From positions 128,001 through 192,000 of the forward strand of contig CAWDPO010000035.1 of assembly GCA_963804165.1 (NCBI GenBank): a stretch of DNA of 64,000 bases. The letters run 5' to 3'. Below, one piece after another: positions 1-10,220 of the stretch. A model generated the notes under the pieces. The model was not told where the DNA came from and searched no databases. It worked only from the letters and a program-made list of their open reading frames with translations. The first letter of the stretch is position 1, and every line of letters begins with the position of its first letter. The DNA is from an uncultured delta proteobacterium (lineage in GTDB: Bacteria > Desulfobacterota > Binatia > UBA9968). Made by a program: the position numbers and the translations under genes.

Positions 1-57
1 AGACAGAAAATTTTCCGCAGAGCAACGATAAGTTGCTCGCTTACAAGAGAGAATAGA

Positions 58-544
58 ATGTTTCGTTGCGTCGATCTTCCCGTGCGGGTTTCTGGACGAT
101 TGCTACTCCATAGCATGCCGGGTCGCTATGAGGCGATCGAGAGGGTGTGGAATCAAGTGAGGGAGGAAGCGGTCAGCGCCATCGTCTGTTTAGCTGAGCA
201 GCATGAACTCCACGAGAGATCCGCCGAGTACGCTCGGGCACTCGAAGACGGAACACGTTCCCTGTAGGGTGCTCCCTTTCGAGATTCCTGACCGTGGCGC
301 GCCTGAGGACCGTGATGCTTTCTGGACGCTAGCGACCAATATTGCAAATCGATTGCAGTGCGGAGAGGCCGTGCTGATTCACTGCGCGGGTGGTGTGGGC
401 CGCACCGCAACGCTCGCTATCTCTGTGTTGCTCGCATTAGGTGAATCGGCGAGCGACGCGCGGAGCGCGGTCTCCCGGGCGGGGTCGACGGTTGAGACGG
501 CGCCGCAGAGTGAACTCATTTCCTGGTGCGCGTCGCAGAAGTAG
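58..544 (+). CDS. Dual-specificity/protein-tyrosine phosphatase (CDKN3-like), split by a frameshift near 255
   Basis: ORFs 58..267 and 203..544 join into one protein (LLLHSMPGR...ARALEDGT/VPCRVLPFEIPD) with the HCAGGVGRT CX5R catalytic motif. Confidence 0.8.
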
Positions 545-573
545 GGATCAATAGGGGGGATATAACGTTGCTT

Positions 574-632
574 CCCCTCTTTGGCAAAGAGGGGTGAGAA
601 TCGCACGGAGAAAATTCCCCCTTTGAAAAAGG
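574..632. repeat. Palindromic REP-like hairpins; the second is interrupted by the IS481
   Basis: CCCCTCTTTGGCAAAGAGGGG at 574-594; CCCCCTTTGAAAAAGG at 617-632 continues as (AAGG)GGGACAAAGGGGGATTT from 1707. Confidence 0.65.
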
Positions 633-1532
633 TACCCGAGCTGGGGAGCGCGCAAGATCCGGCGTCTTTTGAAAAATCAAGGTCAAACCCAGGTGCCGGC
701 GTGTAGTACGATTACCGCTGTGTTTCATCGCCACGGCCTGATCGACTCCAGCAGTCAAGCCGCCAAGCCTAACTGGCAACGCTTCGAGCGTGAGGTGCCC
801 AATAGTCTTTGGCAGATGGATTTCAAAGGACCGCTGCCCACCGTGCGCGGCCCGGCCCATGCGCTCACCGTCTTGGATGATCACTCGCGCTTTAGTTTGT
901 GTCTTAAGGCTTTGCCTAACCAGAACCGAGAATGTGTTCAACACGCGTTGACCGAAACCTTCCGCCGCTACGGGCTTCCCAACTCGATGCTCATGGACAA
1001 TGGCCCGCCGTGGGGCAACGATCCGGTTTACATCTATACACGGCTTACGGTGTGGCTGCTTCGCTTGCGGATCTCGGTGAGTCATAGCCGACCGTACCAT
1101 CCTCAGACCATGGGTAAAGACGAACGGTTTCAAGGCACGCTTAGCCGCGAGCTTCTCGCTAAACGACAATGGCAAGACATCCCCGATCTCCAAGGAGCCT
1201 TTGACCCGTTCAGCCACCAGTACAATTTCATTCGTCCCCACGACTCTTTGGGACTGCAAGTGCCGGCCTCTCGCTATCAAATGAGTTTGCGCTCGTTTCC
1301 AGAGAGCTTGCCGCCCATCGAGTATGACCCGGGAGTCCTGGTGCGCAGAGTGCAACAAAAAGGAGAGATCTCGTTTAAAGGGAGAACTTTGAAAGTGGGT
1401 CAAGCTTTCTCGGGTTATCCCGTCGGGCTTAAACCGACCTCTACCGATGGACTCTTTGATGTGGTGTTCTGTCATCACACGATTCGCCAGATCAATCTGA
1501 AAGAGCTTGAGACTGCGGATCTCCGTTCTTGA
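627..1532 (+). pseudogene. IS481-family transposase, N-terminally truncated
   Basis: Frame opens at 627 with YPSWGARKI; WQMDFKG, LDDHSRF, MDNGPPW and GKDERFQGTL DDE motifs; first HTH region missing. Confidence 0.85.
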
Positions 1533-1706
1533 ATGACGATGATGAAAAAACGGCCTTCACATTTGGCTTATAACCAACGATCGCGATCGGGTTGGACTCT
1601 GAAGTATCCCTCTCCAAACCACCTCCGAGCCCAATCCGATCCACCACCATGAAAACTGTTACCTATGTCCCCGGTACGTTTGTTACCCTTGTCCCCAGTC
1701 CGTACA
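627..1706 (+). mobile_element. IS481-family insertion sequence, left end deleted
   Basis: Transposase fragment plus a right end with two TGTTACCYWTGTCCCC copies (1657-1672, 1681-1696) ending ...GTCCGTACA at 1706; no matching TGT left end seen. Confidence 0.85.
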
Positions 1707-2266
1707 AAGGGGGACAAAGGGGGATTTGAGTTCAACTTCAGAGGCTGCCATCGTTTGGACTTTTTAAAACGAACTTCTGAGACGCCACACTAGAAGGAAT
1801 AAGTCGAAGGGCGGCTAGATGAATTGCAGGTGGTGGCTATACGCGAGTGCTTGAATCGGCAATGACCGTTCGGTCATCGCGCCCTCGGAAGGTCAGTCAG
1901 GCCCGGGGGCAGCCTTTCTAATCTAGCCAATCGTGAAAGGTTCTCACTGTTAGAAGGAATGCTTGGCGCGAGACGAGCAAGGCTCTTTTTCGCTGGCTAC
2001 GCTCCATTGCAGTACCCACAACCGCAACCTCTCGGTGCGATTCTTTCCGGAATTGTCTGTGATCTTCAGACATGTTGACCGGCGGTGCGGGAAAACTTCT
2101 ACACCTCCAGGTTACGTCCGCAAACAAATTCAGTAACTTAACCGCAGGGCATAAAAGTTGCGCACAACGGTCTTCCGGGCAAGTTGCAACTGCATCGCCG
2201 GTTGGGACGCAGTGACCTTGCTGCACTAACCCGTAAAATCATCATCCGCTACCTCAAAGGTTTTTC

Positions 2267-2806
2267 ATGGCTCATGCTAACTCGTTGAGAGTAATTGGGC
2301 AGTCGCTAGAAGACGCCAGGGTCGCAACCTTCGAGCTTGAGAAAGATGGCCACGACTACCTCGTCAAAAGCAGCGTTCTAACCGCAGCGGCTGAATGGAT
2401 CTTGCGAAACGCAACTGGCGAAAACTCTTTGACTGCCCCCACTTATCGTCGATCTTCGAGCAACAGTCCCTTTCGTTTCACGCCCCTCGATATTTCCCGG
2501 CTTGACTCTCAATGGCAAAAGCAACGGCGAAACCAATCTTCTTTACAAATGGAGGTTTCGAGTAAACTGTCGCAACTCTTGCGTAGCTTAGGGGATCACT
2601 TCGATAGAGCAGGGGCCAACGCGTTTCATATTTCCTGGACCTCTGATTCCGTCTCGGTCGATTACCAGCAAGCGGACGGGCAGAGCGAGGCTCGAAGCTT
2701 CACTGCTGGAAAGCTGCAGGAGTTGGGACTGCACAATAGATTTCGCCGAGCCAGTCGAGGTTCGTGGATCAAGCCTGCCCCTCGACAAGGACCAGTGAGT
2801 CGTTGA
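2267..2806 (+). CDS. Uncharacterised protein, paralogue of the C-terminal domain of 39318..40160
   Basis: LRVIGQSLE...FELE...YLV and LSQLLRSLGD...ISW...SVSV blocks align with the second copy in this window. Confidence 0.75.
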   Translation: MAHANSLRVIGQSLEDARVATFELEKDGHDYLVKSSVLTAAAEWILRNATGENSLTAPTYRRSSSNSPFRFTPLDISRLDSQWQKQRRNQSSLQMEVSSKLSQLLRSLGDHFDRAGANAFHISWTSDSVSVDYQQADGQSEARSFTAGKLQELGLHNRFRRASRGSWIKPAPRQGPVSR

Positions 2807-3146
2807 GGATGGTTATCACCTCTGCGCGCCCACTGGCTGCGGAGTATTTGAACGGTACGGAACCGCTTGACGGATAGTTTGGCCCCATCCTCCTTGCGGC
2901 AAAAGCTGACGCGAATATTGCTTCTGAAAAAACCGCACGACATACCCGAAACCCCTTGAATCTTACTTTTTTACAAACACAATCGACACGCGAATGAGTG
3001 TCCTCGTAAAACTCCCGATAAGCGTTTTATATGGGCTTTCTTGGCAGATGCCCGTTAGACAGCCGTGAATACGCGATCCTACGAAATCCGTTCTGAAAAA
3101 AGCGCCAGCGGCCGATTCTTCCATCGTTCAAGTTCTCTGCTGGGTT

Positions 3147-3431
3147 GTGGACGCGGAGCTAATTCATGAGCACGCAAAGTGGTTTTTCCCTGCCGCCACG
3201 CCCTGGATACGGGAAGCGCTACGGGAGGATTCGACGCTCCGTGAATATCGAAAAGTCGCCAACGCGGAGACGTGGCACTACCGAATGGATTGCTCATTCT
3301 GGCCGGTCGATAATTATGTTTCCGCAAAAACGCCGCCGGAGAACGCTGAGTTACTGCGTTCAAGTCGTTCGGATAGTTCATACCGTTTTGAGGTCTACAA
3401 CCTTTCCGCAGCATGTCTCACGCAATCTTGA
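3147..3431 (+). CDS. Possible small hypothetical protein (may start near 3065 with a frameshift)
   Basis: Protein-like ORF filling the gap, but no firm family assignment. Confidence 0.3.
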   Translation: MDAELIHEHAKWFFPAATPWIREALREDSTLREYRKVANAETWHYRMDCSFWPVDNYVSAKTPPENAELLRSSRSDSSYRFEVYNLSAACLTQS

Positions 3432-3960
3432 TCTTATCGAACTGCGTGATCCGAAACTTCTCCGCGGCGCCGCCCGGTAGGATGGTGAACTGGTGCAGGG
3501 TGAACTCGTGCTCGTAGTCGCTGCGGGCAACTAAGCCGTCCACCGGAATCACGCAAGTGTAGCCGAAGGGGCGGACCGCCGCAGTTGCCGTGTACATTAC
3601 GGCTTGGTTGCTCGACGCGCCGCAGCAGATTACCGTCTTGACGCCGCGCTGCTGCAGCATCGGCTGCATCTCGCCGCTGTAAAATTTATCGAAGGCCGCT
3701 GGAAAGATCGTCGGCTCGTCATCGCGTTGCTTGAAAGCATGGGGCATTCTTGCTTCCGGCGTGCCTTTGTAGCGATCAGCGGCGGTGTACATGATAAACA
3801 TATTCGCTCCGCGAGCGCGGTCGAGAAACTTGGCCACCGGTTCGATCAGCTTGTGGCACACTTCCTTGGGGTCCTCGCAACGAGCATTGAGATCGAGAAC
3901 CAACAACGCCGTTGTTTTTGCGTCCACAGTTACTTCTTCGGGAACAGGCTTGTTGGGCAT
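3418..3960 (-). CDS. Isochorismatase/cysteine hydrolase-fold protein
   Basis: TALLVLDLN motif and GVKTVICCGASSNQAVMYTA; RBS GGAGG before ATG 3960. Confidence 0.85.
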   Translation of the reverse strand: MPNKPVPEEVTVDAKTTALLVLDLNARCEDPKEVCHKLIEPVAKFLDRARGANMFIMYTAADRYKGTPEARMPHAFKQRDDEPTIFPAAFDKFYSGEMQPMLQQRGVKTVICCGASSNQAVMYTATAAVRPFGYTCVIPVDGLVARSDYEHEFTLHQFTILPGGAAEKFRITQFDKIKIA

Positions 3961-4127
3961 AAGCACCTCCTTGTTTTAGAGAATAATTGCGCAGCGTGAC
4001 ACACAATATCACGCGGCACAGTAGCTCCGGCCGCAAACACCGTCAAGGCTGAGAATCTTACTTGACGCCCCGCGCTGGCGTGGCGTAAGAAGAGCGAAAC
4101 GCATGCAACGATAACCAAGGAGTTCCT

Positions 4128-5183
4128 ATGAAAGCCGCCGTTCTCTACGAAGCTCGCAAGCCATTGAAGCTCGAAGAACTTAAGATTCCGGACGTCGGCG
4201 ACGAGGACGTTTTGATCAAGGTGGCGTCGTGCGGCGTGTGCCACACGGATTTGAAAGTTGTCGAAGGCAGAAACCGATTCACGCCGCCGACGGTTCTCGG
4301 ACACGAAGTGGCTGGAACGGTCGAAGAAATTGGGCCGCATTGTAAAGATTTCAAAACCGGCGATCGCGTGATCATCGGCATGCGCTACAAGTGCGGACGC
4401 TGCCGATATTGTCTGTCGGCGCGGGAAAATCTCTGTGAACGCCGCCCCGCGCCGCCTTCTCTCAAAAAGACCGACGGCACGATAGTGACGCGATGGAACG
4501 TGGGCGGGTTTGCCGAGTATGTTTCCGTGCCGGCTTACATGACCTTCAAGATTCCCGACGGCATGTCGATGGAAGAAGCGAGCGTGGTTGGTTGCCGAGT
4601 GACGACGGCCTACAACGCGGTTAAGCACCGGGCGCGTCTTGAGCCCGGGGATTCGGCATTGGTTATTGGCTGCGGCGGTATCGGGCTTAATACGATTCAG
4701 TTTCTCAAATGCTTCGGCGCGTATCCGATTATCGCCGTCGATATTGCCGACGAAAAGTTAGAGGCGGCAAAGACTTTCGGCGCGACGTACGCGATCAACG
4801 CGACGGTGGAAGATCCAGTGAAAGCCGTAATCAAATTGACGGACGGCGGCGTCGATAAGGCATTTGAGGCGATTGGCAATCCCAAGACGTCAGATCAAAT
4901 CATTCAAGCGACCCGGCCCGGCGGCACGGCGACGATCATCGGCGGTTTGGGCAACGGACCATTCACCATCAGCAGCGGCCGTTTTGTCACCAATGAGATC
5001 ACCATCACCGGGGTTTCAAGCCGGCAGGCCAACGACGTCGAGGAAGTTTTTCAAATGGCGACGCTCGGGCGCATCGAACTCAAGAGTTTGATCACAAAAA
5101 GTTATCGATACGATCAGATCAATGAAGCGTTGGCGGATTTGGAGCACGGCAAGTTGCGCATGGCGGTTTCGCTTTGGAACTGA
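4128..5183 (+). CDS. Zinc-dependent alcohol dehydrogenase (MDR family)
   Basis: CGVCHTD, GHE, structural Zn CGRCRYC...C, GCGGIG Rossmann motif; AAGGAG RBS. Confidence 0.92.
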   Translation: MKAAVLYEARKPLKLEELKIPDVGDEDVLIKVASCGVCHTDLKVVEGRNRFTPPTVLGHEVAGTVEEIGPHCKDFKTGDRVIIGMRYKCGRCRYCLSARENLCERRPAPPSLKKTDGTIVTRWNVGGFAEYVSVPAYMTFKIPDGMSMEEASVVGCRVTTAYNAVKHRARLEPGDSALVIGCGGIGLNTIQFLKCFGAYPIIAVDIADEKLEAAKTFGATYAINATVEDPVKAVIKLTDGGVDKAFEAIGNPKTSDQIIQATRPGGTATIIGGLGNGPFTISSGRFVTNEITITGVSSRQANDVEEVFQMATLGRIELKSLITKSYRYDQINEALADLEHGKLRMAVSLWN

Positions 5184-5238
5184 ATAAAAATCCGTTCGGA
5201 CGTTTCGCTCTCATTTGTCTCAGCGGAAAGCGAAGAGA

Positions 5239-6185
5239 ATGACATTTAAGAGGGCTTGCATCGTAGTACTGCTGGTCGGTGTCATCATTGGTGCTGACGT
5301 CCGCTCGTTTGCCCAGACCACTAACGTGCGGGTTGCGTTCAATGGCTTTGGCGGGATCGCGCCGATTTATTTGGGTCAAGACGCCGGCATTTTCAAGAAG
5401 CAGGGACTTAATCTCGAAATGATATTTATCCCCGGCGGTTCTTTGTCGCTCCAAGCCCTGATCGGCAAGAGTCTCGAGATACTCATGACCGGCGGTCCGC
5501 CAGTCGTCAATGCATATTTGCAAGGCGCCAAGATCAAAATCATCGGCGGCGCGGTGAATCTGCTGCCCTATACTTTCATTGCGACCGCGGCCGTTCGCAA
5601 TCCCGAGCAGCTGAAAGGAAAAAGATCGGCATCAGCCGCTTTGGCAGCAATACCGATTACGTGGTCCGCTTGGCATTGAATCAATTTGCCATGGCGCCGA
5701 GCGACGTGCAGATCATTCAGGTCGGCGGCTCGCAGGCGCGGCTGGTGGCGATGAAATCGGGAGCGATTCAAGCAACGGTTCTGAGTCCGGAAGAAACCGT
5801 GGTCGCGCAAAAAATGGGTTACGGCGTTTTGCTTGATTTCATCGAGAAGGGGATTGAATTTCCCCACGTGAACGTCGTTGTGCGCGATGATTATCTCGAA
5901 AACCAGGCGCAAACGGTGCGGACTTTCATGCGCGCGTACGTCGAATCGGTGCGCTACTATAAAACCCACCGAGATGAAGCGGTGAAGAAAATCATCTTTT
6001 TAAGCAAACTCCCGGACCGGCAAATGGGAGAAGTGATTTATGATAGCTCGCTCCGAGCGACTCCGGACGACGGCAAGCCGACGCTGAAAGGCATGGAAGT
6101 GGTGCTTGACGCCGCCGCCAAGGAAAATCCCAAGGCCAAGGGACTGAGTGTTCAACAATTAATCGATTTGAGATACGTTCCATGA
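5239..6185 (+). CDS. NitT/TauT-family ABC substrate-binding protein, frameshift near 5620
   Basis: Signal peptide, GIFKKQGLNLE, LKGK/KIGISRFGSNTD broken in an A homopolymer. Confidence 0.85.
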
Positions 6186-6210
6186 GCATGGATGTTCAGA
6201 AAACAACGGG

Positions 6211-7071
6211 ATGAATGCGATGAAAGCAACGGCGGCATGGAGCTTAGCGCTATGGATGTTTTTCACTTGTGTTGTGGCGCGCGCCGCCGAACAACAACCA
6301 ATCGATGTAATCGAAGACAACAGTTTCTTGATCGAAGAAGCCTACAACCAAGAGCCGGGCGTCGTGCAGCATATTTTCAATGCACTGTACACGACGAGCG
6401 GAGCACGGCACGGATGGCTATTCAATTTCACGCAAGAATGGCCGGTCTTTTCCCAAGATCATCAGTTCTCATATACGATTCTGTCGGCCCATCTGATCGA
6501 CCCGCCGGACCGCATTTACGGTGTCGGCGATATGCTGCTCAATTATCGTTACCAGGCGCTGGAAGAGGGGGAGCTCAAGCCCGCTTTCGCGCCGCGTTTT
6601 AGTCTGATCCTGCCGACCGGCAACCGCGATCGCGGCACCGGCAATGGCGTGGTCGGCTATCAATGGTCGCTTCCTTTCAGCAAGAAGATCGGCCCGCGAT
6701 TCGCGACGCACGCCAATCTGGGCGTCACTTATTTTCCCGGTGTACGGGAGCGCCTGGGCGGCAGCACGGGGCCTCTTTCGCCGAGTCATTCACTGGTTAC
6801 ATATAACCTTGGAGCGAGCGGGATATTCGCGTTATTGCCGCGGTTTCACCTGACGCTCGAATGGATTGGCGTGTTCCAGGAAAGCATCAATGATGCGGGC
6901 AAGGCCAGGCGGGAATTCCAGCCGGTGATCTCGCCGGGCTTTCGGACGGCAGTAGTGAACGAGGAGAAATTGCAGGTCGTTGTTGGCGCAGCGGCGCCCA
7001 TCGGGCTAAATCACAACGCGGACAATAATGGCGCGTTCCTTTATTTTTCGGTCGAACACAAACTCTTTTAG
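6211..7071 (+). CDS. Putative outer-membrane beta-barrel transporter (MetA-pathway/SphA-like)
   Basis: Signal peptide, DNSFLIEEAYNQEPGVVQHI, GDMLLNYRY, LPTG motif, amphipathic strands, C-terminal Phe. Confidence 0.75.
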   Translation: MNAMKATAAWSLALWMFFTCVVARAAEQQPIDVIEDNSFLIEEAYNQEPGVVQHIFNALYTTSGARHGWLFNFTQEWPVFSQDHQFSYTILSAHLIDPPDRIYGVGDMLLNYRYQALEEGELKPAFAPRFSLILPTGNRDRGTGNGVVGYQWSLPFSKKIGPRFATHANLGVTYFPGVRERLGGSTGPLSPSHSLVTYNLGASGIFALLPRFHLTLEWIGVFQESINDAGKARREFQPVISPGFRTAVVNEEKLQVVVGAAAPIGLNHNADNNGAFLYFSVEHKLF

Positions 7072-7102
7072 CAGACTGAATACACGTTTCTGAGGTGAAA
7101 TC

Positions 7103-8197
7103 ATGCAAGGAATCATTGACGCCGATACCCACATTTCCGAAGGCGAAGCGATGTGGGCATTGATGGATAAGGCGATCCTGCCGCGCCGGCCGATTATGCT
7201 GTCGGTGCCTGAAGATACTTCGTTTGGCAACCGCAATGCTTTTTGGCTGATCGATGGCGAGATCTATCCCAAGCCGGCGGGTAAGGGGAGTTTCGCTTTA
7301 GTCACTCCGTCTGCGCAAAAAGTCCAGGAAGGTCGCAAGGATTCGACGGTGCCGTCACGAGAGATGACCGACATCAAAACCCGGCTGGCGGATATGGACA
7401 GGCTCAACACCGCGGCGCAGGTCGTCTATCCAACACTCTTCTTGGTCTACAATACCAAAGATCGCGAGCTCGAAGTGGCGCTGTGCCGCGCTTACAATCG
7501 CTTCCTCGCGCACGCGTCCGACCAGGCACCCGAGCGCATCAGGTGGGTTGCCGTGCTGCCGTTCCAATCGATCAAGGATGCCATCGACGAAATCCGCTTT
7601 GCCAAGCAGCACGGCGCCGTGGGTATTTTCTTTCGCGGCATCGAAGGCGACTACACGCTCGACCATCCATATCTCTTTCCGGTTTACGAGGAAGCACAGA
7701 AACAGAACCTGTCGATTTGTGTTCACACCGGCTGCGGCGTCAGGGCGATTCTCGAAATGTTCGAGCTATCTCGGAATCATACCTTCGGCCATACTCGGGT
7801 GATGCCGCTGCTCGCTTTTCGCGATCTCGTGGCCAACAAGATTCCCGAGCAGTTTCCGACCTTGCGTTTCGGCTTCATCGAAGCCGCCGCCGGCTGGGTA
7901 CCGTTTTTGATTCACATCGTGCGCCGGTTACAGAAGGACAAATTTCGCTTCGGCTCGAACGCAGAGCTGTTTCGCGAGTATCGGCTCTACGTCGCCTGTG
8001 AGGCCGACGAGGATATTCCATATCTGGCAAAATACACCGGCGATGATCATCTGCTCATCGGCTCTGACTATCCGCATAGCGATCCGTCGCGCGAAGATCA
8101 ATTCGTCAACGCGATCAACGTACGCGAGGATATGTCGCCGCAGCTTAAACGAAAAATTCTTTACGACAATCCGCGGGCGTTCTACGCCATGAAATAG
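7103..8197 (+). CDS. Amidohydrolase-2 family protein
   Basis: IDADTH, VHTG, FIEAAAGWVP, GSDYPH, NPRAFY motifs. Confidence 0.9.
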   Translation: MQGIIDADTHISEGEAMWALMDKAILPRRPIMLSVPEDTSFGNRNAFWLIDGEIYPKPAGKGSFALVTPSAQKVQEGRKDSTVPSREMTDIKTRLADMDRLNTAAQVVYPTLFLVYNTKDRELEVALCRAYNRFLAHASDQAPERIRWVAVLPFQSIKDAIDEIRFAKQHGAVGIFFRGIEGDYTLDHPYLFPVYEEAQKQNLSICVHTGCGVRAILEMFELSRNHTFGHTRVMPLLAFRDLVANKIPEQFPTLRFGFIEAAAGWVPFLIHIVRRLQKDKFRFGSNAELFREYRLYVACEADEDIPYLAKYTGDDHLLIGSDYPHSDPSREDQFVNAINVREDMSPQLKRKILYDNPRAFYAMK

Positions 8198-8245
8198 TTG
8201 GAGTGATGGAGTGATGGAGTATTGGTCCGAACCCATCACTCCAAA
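8198..8245. repeat. Octamer tandem (TGGAGTRA) hairpin element
   Basis: TGGAGTGA TGGAGTGA TGGAGTAT followed by the inverted CCATCACTCCAA. Confidence 0.7.
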
Positions 8246-8263
8246 GTCGGTGCGGCGGTAATC

Positions 8264-9231
8264 ATGAGGAAATTCAAATGGCCGACGAATGCGCTGCTTT
8301 TCGCGTTGACGCTTTGGAGTGGGGCGAACGCGTTGGGGCAGGAGGTTTTCATCGGCAATCCAGGCAAGAGCCTTAACTTTTTCCACTTCGATCTGGCGAT
8401 CGAGAAAGGCTATTTCAAAGAACTGGGCTTGGACGTGAAGCTGCTCAACACCAAGTGCGACATCGCGGTCACGGCGCTGCTAACAGGAGATTTGCAAGCC
8501 ACCGGCTGTGTCGGTTCCGCGTCACGTTTCATCGCGAGTCAGAACGTGCCGGTGCGCACGGTGATCTGGTTGTTCAAGAAGCCTACTTTCTATGTCGTTG
8601 CGCGCCCCGACATTAAATCCGCCGCCGATCTTGAAAGGCAAAACCATCGGTATAAGCTCTTTCGGCAGCGATACCGATCTGTCGATGAAAATATTCGCCC
8701 AGAGCGGCAAGCTCGACCCGGAAAAGGACATGAAGCGAATCGTCGCCGGCTCGACATCGACGCGCCTGCAAGGGTTGAAAGCCGGTTCATTGGACGCCAC
8801 GACGCTATCGCCGCCGTTCAACGTCTATGCCGAGCAGATGGGCTTGCGGGTGCTCGCTTATGTCGGCGACTTTCTCGAATTTCCGCAGAGCGGTTTCACC
8901 GTTTCCGATGCGACCTTGAAGAACAAGCGCGACGTGATCAAACGGCTGTTGCGCGGCACGCTGCGCGGCTTGCAATTTACGCTAAAGAATCGCACCGAGA
9001 CGGTGCGGTTCATCGCGAAAGACTACAAACTGCAGGAACGCGGTGGCGGACAAAGTTTATGCTTCGCTGCTGCCGGCGATGAGTGAAAACGGACTGGCGA
9101 CGGACAAAGGGCTCAAGGTGATGGTAGATACGCTTGGCACCGCCGTCGGCAAGAACATCGATTTTCCGCCGGAGCGCCTGGTCGATTACAGTTTGCTGAG
9201 AGAAGTACAGAAAGAGTTAGGCATTCCGTAG
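8264..9231 (+). CDS. NitT/TauT-family substrate-binding protein, frameshifts near 8630 and 9040
   Basis: KGYFKELGLDV, LKGKTIGISSFGSDTD, LVDYSLLREVQKEL spread over three overlapping ORFs. Confidence 0.85.
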
Positions 9232-9247
9232 GTAGGGTCATCCGCCA

Positions 9248-10217
9248 ATGAAAAAGAGAAAGTCGCGATTCATCTTCTCACTTGGATATTCTGTTTTGCG
9301 CTTCTGCTTGGGATCGCCAAACCGTCGCCCAGCGCAGACGCACCGCAACGAATCCGCATCGCTTATGCGAGCCGGAGCAGTTCGGCCATGCCGCTCTACA
9401 TGGCGCTGCAGAAAGGTTATTTCAAAGCAGAAGGTCTGGATGTCGAAATCATTCAAATGAATCCTCGCCTCGGCGCTACCGCCGTCGTCAACGGCGATGT
9501 TGCCTTCGCAACGCCGTTCACCAGCACTTTTCGCGGCAATTCTCCAGGGCTTCCCGATGAAGACTGGTTTTCATTCACCTAAAAAAGGGACCGTACTTCG
9601 TCATGGTGCGTCCGGAAATCAAAGAAGTGCAGCAGTTGAAAGGAAAAAAAATCGGGGTCGCGACCATCCGAGGAACCGATCAATTGGTTGCCGAGGAAAT
9701 GTTGCAGGCGAAGGGCTTTAACCCGAACCAACTGCAAGCGGTCGCCATCGGCGACGGGCCGGTTCGGATGCAGGCGCTCATCAGCGGCGCGGTGGATGCG
9801 ATCTCGGTGGCGCCGCCGCATGATTTGATGCTGCGCAAAATGGGGTATCCCGCATTGGCTGGACCGCCGGAGGTCGGACTGCCGTCCGCCGGAATGCTCA
9901 CGTCCGATCGTCTGATCAGGGAGAATCCCCAGCTGGTAAAAAGAACACTCAAAGCGCTGCTGCGCTCACATCAATACATTTTGGAAAACCGACAAGACAC
10001 GATTCAAACTTTGATCAAGTGGCTGCCTCAACCGGTCGATATTGCCGAGCATTCCTACGACAACGAACTCAAGACGCTCAGCCGCGACGGCATCATGACC
10101 GACGGTGAAGTCGAAGCGATCATCGTGCGGGTCGGCGAGAAAAAACGTCCGCTGGACGAAGTCCGGGATTTTTCCTTTGCGCGGCAAGCGATGAAAGAGT
10201 TGGAGGCGGGAAGGTAA
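9248..10217 (+). CDS. NitT/TauT-family substrate-binding protein, several frameshifts in the 5' third
   Basis: QKGYFKAEGLDVE (9388 ORF) and LKGKKIGVATIRGTD (9603 ORF). Confidence 0.8.
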
Positions 10218-10220
10218 GGC

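Noticed and set aside
516-1478. 320-aa minus-strand ORF
   Set aside because: Antisense shadow of the IS481 transposase; no independent motifs.
1918-2226. 102-aa minus-strand ORF
   Set aside because: No RBS or recognisable motif; it lies in the probable upstream region of the 2267 gene.
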